From an uncultured delta proteobacterium (GTDB lineage Bacteria; Desulfobacterota; Binatia; UBA9968): a stretch of DNA of 64,000 nt. Positions 58,800 through 64,000 of the stretch are shown here, one piece after another (the first letter of the stretch is position 1; each line of letters begins with the position of its first letter). The stretch spans positions 32,001 to 96,000 of the forward strand of contig CAWJZV010000028.1 in the NCBI GenBank assembly GCA_963847445.1, in the 5' to 3' direction. The notes under the pieces are model-generated. The model did not search any database. It saw only the letters and a list, made by a program, of their open reading frames with translations, and was not told the origin of the DNA. The translations under genes and the position numbers were made by a program.

Positions 58800-59558
58800 A
58801 GCTACAAGGAAAAACCGCTCTGATAGCAGGAGGCGGAGGAGGAATCGGCCGCGCCGTCGCGCTTGCCTTGGCACATGAAGGCGCAAAGACCGCGATCGCG
58901 GATATCGTCAAAGACAATGCTGAGAAAGTCAGCGGCGAGGTGAAGGCGGCCGGCGTGGACGCGATGGCCTGCCAGGTGGATCTGACCAAGAAGGCCGACG
59001 TCGACCGCATGGTCGGCGAAATCATCGAGCGCTTCGGACAGATCGATATTTTAGTCAACTGCCAGGGCTGGGATCGGCTCGAACCTTTCGTCGAAAGCAA
59101 CGAGGAGACCTGGGAGAAACTCTTGGCGATCAATTTCAAATCGGTGCTCTACACGGCGCACGCCGTGCTTGCCGAACATGATCTCCCACGGCTTCGGCAA
59201 GATCGTCAACATCAGCTCCGACGCCGGCCGCGTCGGCTCCAGTTGGGAAGCGGTCTATGCCGGCGCCAAAGGCGCAGTGATCGCGTTCTCGAAAACCATC
59301 GCCCGCGAAGTGGCGCGCTACAAGATCAACGTCAATGTCGTCTGTCCCGGTCTGACGGAAACGCCGCTGCTGCAAGCCGTGCGCAGCCAATCGGAACAGA
59401 CCGCGAAGATCATCGACGCGGTGACCAAAGCGACACCATTCCGCCGACCGGCGCAGCCGGAAGAGATCGCCGAAGCGGTGCTGTTCTTAACTTCGCCGCA
59501 GGCAAGTTTTATCACCGGGCAAACACTCAGCGTCAGCGGCGGATTAACGATGGTGTAA
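58796..59558 (+). CDS. SDR dehydrogenase, BadH-like (2-hydroxycyclohexanecarboxyl-CoA dehydrogenase family); frameshifted
   Basis: GGGGGIG, GWD, SSDAGRVGSS, YAGAKG and TGQTLSVSGGLTMV. Confidence 0.8.
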
Positions 59559-59564
59559 GGAAGT

Positions 59565-59611
59565 GACAGAGATAGAGACAGAGATAGAGAAGGGGCAGAG
59601 CGGTCTCTGTC
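59565..59611. repeat. Short AGAGAY hexamer run with a complementary TCTCTGTCTC arm
   Basis: gacagagatagagacagagatagaga...tctctgtctc in the spacer after the SDR gene. Confidence 0.55.
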
Positions 59612-59678
59612 TCAATTCTCAATCCACCCAGCGAAATTGAAGACGCGGAACGAGGCAGGCACACAAGAGGAACTGAGA

Positions 59679-60535
59679 ATGGATAATCGAGTGAAAGCCA
59701 TCGACATCATGTACTACGTCGCCACGCCGGAGTTCATCGCAGCGCTGGAACGAAGCGAAGAAAGGCGAGCTCATCTGCCGCATGGAAAAAGCCATCGGCG
59801 GCTTGCCGCAGTACGACAGTTTCGACGCCATGCTCGCCAAGATGGACGAAGCCGGCGTGGCAAAAGGTTTTCATCACCCAGACCAAGATGTGGTCGTACC
59901 GCAACAAGTGGATGTACATGGACACCCAGCTCGATGAAGTCGCCCAGTACACCAAACGTTACCCCGACCGCTTCGTCGGCCTGGCCGGTTACAATCCGTT
60001 TCGCATCAAAGAGTCGCTGACGGAAATCGACCGCGCGGTCAAAGAGTATGGCTTCAAGGGCGTCTACATCCACATCTACGGTTTCGACATCCCGCTGCAC
60101 GATGCGAAAATGTATCCGCTCTATGCCAAGTGCGACGAGCTCAAGATTCCCGTGTCCATGCAAGTCGGTCATGTCTTGGAAGCGATGCCGAGCGAGCATG
60201 CCCGGCCGATTTATTTGGACCGCATCGCCAGCGACTTTCCCGAGCTGAAAATCGTCGGCGCCCACACCGGCTGGCCTTGGGTCGAGGAGCTGATTTCCGT
60301 CTGTTACAAATGGGATAATGTTTACTTCGGCGTCGATGCTTGGATGCCGAAATACTTAAAGCCGGAGATCATCCACTACATCAACAGCCGCATGGGCCAG
60401 GACCGTTGCCTGTGGGGCACCAACGGCTTGCCCTGGAAAGAGAGCCTGGATCAGTGGGATGAGATGGGGCTCAAAGAAGCGACCAAGAAAAAGCTGCTGC
60501 ACGATAACGCCGCGGAGCTGTTCGGTCTCAGTTAA
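59679..60535 (+). CDS. Metal-dependent amidohydrolase (amidohydrolase_2 family); frameshifted
   Basis: YPDRFVGL, GFKGV, MYPLYAKC, IVGAHTGWPW and LWGTN. Confidence 0.85.
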
Positions 60536-60555
60536 CGCAGCGAAAGGAGAGCGCC

Positions 60556-60804
60556 ATGATGTGCCGATTCTTATGCGCCGATTTCGAACTCACATTAAAA
60601 TGTCCTGTCGACAAGACTGATCATAACGTCCGATTCCAGGCTTACCCGCAGTTGCGCGACCATGGGTTGGACGTCGTCGCCTGCGATGCCGCAACCGAGG
60701 TCGAGCAGTTGACCTGCGGCAAAAATTGCCGGGCACTGCTTGAAAGCGGTCACTACTGGCAAAGGATTTATCCGGAAACGGTGAGTTACACGCAGAGCCA
60801 ATAA
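60556..60804 (+). CDS. Small Cys-rich hypothetical protein (82 aa, six Cys)
   Basis: AAGGAG RBS; CP...C...CGKNC; inside the operon. Confidence 0.7.
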   Translation: MMCRFLCADFELTLKCPVDKTDHNVRFQAYPQLRDHGLDVVACDAATEVEQLTCGKNCRALLESGHYWQRIYPETVSYTQSQ

Positions 60805-60860
60805 GAGTTTTCGATTGGATGAACGAATCGAAGCTGAGCCGCAACAGGAGCGAATGAGTT

Positions 60861-61641
60861 ATGTATCAAACGCTGCAATACCGCGAAGACGGCGCGGTGG
60901 CGACGATCCGACTGAACCGGCCGCAAAAAAAGAATTCTTTCAATGGCGCGATGCGCCAAGAGTTGGCGCAGGCGCTTCAAGCGATCGCGCGCAAGCCCGA
61001 GCTGCGAGCGGTAGTCATCACCGGTGGCGACGAGATTTTTTGCGCCGGGGCGGACATTAGCGAAATGGGCGGAACCCCGAGCGCGGAATCCTCCTATCAC
61101 CACGCCCGCGAGTTTCAAATTCTTTTCGATCAAGTCGAATCGCTGCCGCAACCGGTGATCGCCGCGGTTTCCGGGTATGCATTGGGTGGCGGCTGCGAGT
61201 TGGCTTTGGCTGCGGATTTCCGCATCGCTTCGGAAACGGCGCGCTTTGGCCTGCCGGAAATCAAGATCGGCGCTTTCCCCGGCGGCGGCGGCACGCAAAG
61301 ACTGACACGTCTGGTCGGCACCGCCAAGGCCAAAGAAATGATTCTCCTCGGCGATCCGATCAGCGCGCAAGCAAGCGCTCGCCATCGGTTTGGTCATGAA
61401 AGTTACGGCGACGGAACAGTATTTAAAAGAAGCCTGTAGCCTTGCCGCCAAGCTTGCCGCCCTGCCCCGTCTCGCTCTGCAAGCATCGAAGATGTTGATC
61501 AATCGCAGCCAGGATGTCGACCTGGCGACGGGTCTGGAGTTCGAAGCGCGCACTTTCGGCGCCATCGCGCATACCCATGATCTAGCCGAAGGTACGCAAG
61601 CCTTCTTGGAAAAGCGCCAGGCGAATTTCACCGGCTATTGA
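60861..61641 (+). CDS. Enoyl-CoA hydratase (crotonase, both catalytic Glu present); frameshifted
   Basis: FCAGADI, GGGCELAL and LPEIKIG. Confidence 0.88.
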
Positions 61642-61702
61642 TTCTACCCGAGAATCAACTATCGTCGCCGACAAAATTTATCATCGAGGAGACACAGACA
61701 CG

Positions 61703-62500
61703 ATGACCTACGATAGCTTTGTTTTCGAAAATAATGACGGCGTTGCGACGATACGCTTGAACGATCCGGAACGGCTCAATGCGCTTACGTTTCAAGACCT
61801 ACGGCGATCTGGAAAAGATTTTTGCCGAATCTAGCGCAGGACAACGGCGTCAAGGTCGTCGTCCTCACCGGGACCGGCAAAGGTTTTTGTTCCGGCGGCC
61901 GGGTCGACGACATCATCGGCCCGCTGCTCAAGATGAAAGGCGACGAGCTTTACAAATTCACCCGCATGACCTGCAACGTCGTCAAGAACATGCGCAACTT
62001 AAAAAAGCCGATCATCGCCGCGGTCAACGGCATCGCCGCCGGCGCCGGTGCCATGCTCATGCTGGCGTCCGACCTGCGCATCTTCTCGGATAAAGCGCGG
62101 GCCGCGTTTCTCTTCGTCAAAGTCGGCCTGTCGGGCGCCGACATGGGCGCGCTGTATTTGCTGCCGAGAATCGTCGGGCTGGGCAAAGCGACTGAGCTGG
62201 TCTTACTTCGGCGATACCATCGACGCCCAGGAAGCCCAGCGCATCGGCCTGGCCAATCGCGTCGTGCCCGGCGACGCGTTGATGGACGAAGCCTACAAAT
62301 GGGCGGGACGACTCAAAGACGGGCCGCTCTACGCTCTCGGCGTGACCAAAGAGCTGTTCGAATACGAAGCCAACGTCGATTTAGAAACCGCGCTGGAGAT
62401 GGAAGCGGCGGCGCAGGCGAGATGCATGGAGACGCCCGACTTCATCGAGGGCTACAACGCGTTTGTCGAAAAGCGACCGCTGCGCTTTAACCGCGGCTGA
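61703..62500 (+). CDS. Crotonase-family protein lacking canonical catalytic Glu residues; frameshifted
   Basis: FCSGG, GAGAMLMLASD and LFVKVGLSGADMG. Confidence 0.85.
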
Positions 62501-62523
62501 GAGCGGCACAGGAGGAAAACAAC

Positions 62524-62974
62524 ATGGCAAAAACTATTCACATCAGAAGTCTCGAAAAAGGCGATCTCGCGGCGATCGTCAACATGGAAGAACGCCAAAC
62601 CGGCGTCGCTCGGCCCGACTACTGGGAAAAGCGGCTGGAGATTTCCGAAGCCATCCGGCCGCACTGGGCATCGCTGGTCGCCGAATACGATAACCGTGTC
62701 GTCGGATTCATCCTGGGCCGGGCCGGTGAACATGAGTTCGGCCTGCCGGGAACGGTGGCGTGGGTCGAGATGATCGGCGTCGATCCAGCCTATCGCCGCC
62801 GCGGCGTTGCCGAAGAACTGATGGAGACAGTTCACCGAATCGGCCGAAGACCACGGCATCAAAACCATCTTCACGCTGATCGATCCGAACCGAGCTGAAT
62901 TGCAACATTTTTTCAGCCAGCTCGGTTTCGTGCACGGCAAGATGGTGCACTATCAAAAGGATCTGTCGAGCTAA
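62524..62974 (+). CDS. GNAT acetyltransferase (BadL-like context); frameshifted
   Basis: IGVDPAYRRRGVA acetyl-CoA-binding motif and FFSQLGF. Confidence 0.82.
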
Positions 62975-63020
62975 CTCGGTGTCTCCGGCGAGTTCGCCGC
63001 CGAATACATGGAACCAACCC

Positions 63021-64000
63021 ATGGATTTCGAGTTGCCCGAAGAATTGGCCGAGGTACAAAAGCTAGCGCGCGACTTTAGCGAAAAAGAAATCGCACCTAG
63101 CGCAGCAAAAGACGACCGAGAGCATATCTTTCGCCAAGACCTCGTCGTTAAAATGGGCGAGCTAGGTTTCTACGGCTGTCTGATTCCGGAGACATTACGG
63201 CGGCAATGGTCTCGGTTTTCTCGCTCACACGCTGATCTCGGAAGAGATCGCCCGCGCGCACAGCGCCATCCGAGTCTACGTAAACATGCAAGCGGGCCCC
63301 GCCGTGACACTTTGCGAATTCGGCAACGAAGAACAGAAGAAAAAATATCTCCCGCGGCTTTTGAGCGGCGAATCCATCGGATTGTTCGCCATCACCGAGC
63401 CCGATGCCGGATCGGACGTGGCGGCGATGAAGACCACCGCCAAGCGCGACGGCAAAGACTATCTGATTAACGGCACCAAGATCTGGATCACCAACGCCAC
63501 GGTTGCCGATGCCGGCGTCATCTTTGCCTATACCAATCGCGCCGAGAAGCATCGCGGCATGTCGGCGTTCTACGCCGACTTGAATCAGCCGGGTGTGAGC
63601 CGGCGCGACCTCGACAAGCTGGGCGCCCACGCCTCGCCGACCGGCGAGCTGACGTTCGATAATTTTCGCATTCCAGCGGAAAACTTGATCGGCCAAGAAG
63701 GCGATGGCTTCAAAATCTGCATGCGCCACTTGAATCATACCCGCCTCGGCTGCGCCGCCGGCGCCGTCGGCCTCGCTAAAGCCGCCCGCGAAGCAGCAGT
63801 CAGTTACGCCAACCAGCGCGAGCAGTTCGGTCAAAAGATCGGCCAATTTCAAATGAATCAGGATTTGATCGCGCAGATGCTCGTCCAGGAAGAATCATCG
63901 CGGCTGCTGGTTTATCGCGCCGCTTGTCTCGCCGACCGCGGGCGACCCTACAACTTGGAAGTCTCCATGGCGAAATACGCCGCCGCTGAAGCGGCTGCGT
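63021..64000 (+). CDS. Acyl-CoA dehydrogenase, most like non-decarboxylating glutaryl-CoA dehydrogenase (runs off window; frameshifted)
   Basis: ITEPDAGSDV, KLGAHASPTGEL, LNHTRL, FQMNQDLIAQM and MAKYAA match the Desulfococcus-type enzyme as recalled. Confidence 0.78.

Overview
A GC-rich bacterial window, most likely from Candidatus Binatia (Binatota); this is an inference from gene content and style, not a measured placement. Many genes carry 1-bp indels typical of an unpolished long-read assembly, so frameshifted genes are reported as reconstructed CDS. Blocks, left to right: (1) 1-11 kb, a low-oxygen/stress block (FtsH, BCAM0308-like protein, formate/nitrite channel, Rv2004c-like kinase, 5'-truncated sigma54 activator, ferritin-like proteins, PPi-type PFK, GAPDH, CBS protein). 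(2) 11.3-17 kb, a BoxB-like diiron epoxidase and a gentisate-dioxygenase-like cupin spliced onto a cytochrome c oxidase operon. (3) 17-28 kb, USP/CBS proteins, a PTS-EIIA-fused Na+/K+-ATPase-like P-type pump, CorA, an L,D-transpeptidase and YcbK. (4) 28-40 kb, an accessory zone with a collapsed type I R-M locus, a toxin-antitoxin pair between direct repeats, and TctABC. (5) 40-54 kb, a Nitrospira/anammox-type periplasmic NXR/nitrate reductase operon with Rrf2, a di-heme-c/heme-b subunit, a chaperone and an apparent FmdE-MobB fusion, plus a divergent radical-SAM/hemerythrin module. (6) 54-64 kb, class I benzoyl-CoA reductase (bcrCBAD) with a non-canonical downstream gene set. Two features cut across the blocks: about 13 correctly oriented sigma54 (-24/-12) promoters, often in divergent pairs, and a 9-bp-periodic palindromic element that fills four consecutive gene junctions of the nxr operon and carries the next gene's ribosome-binding site.
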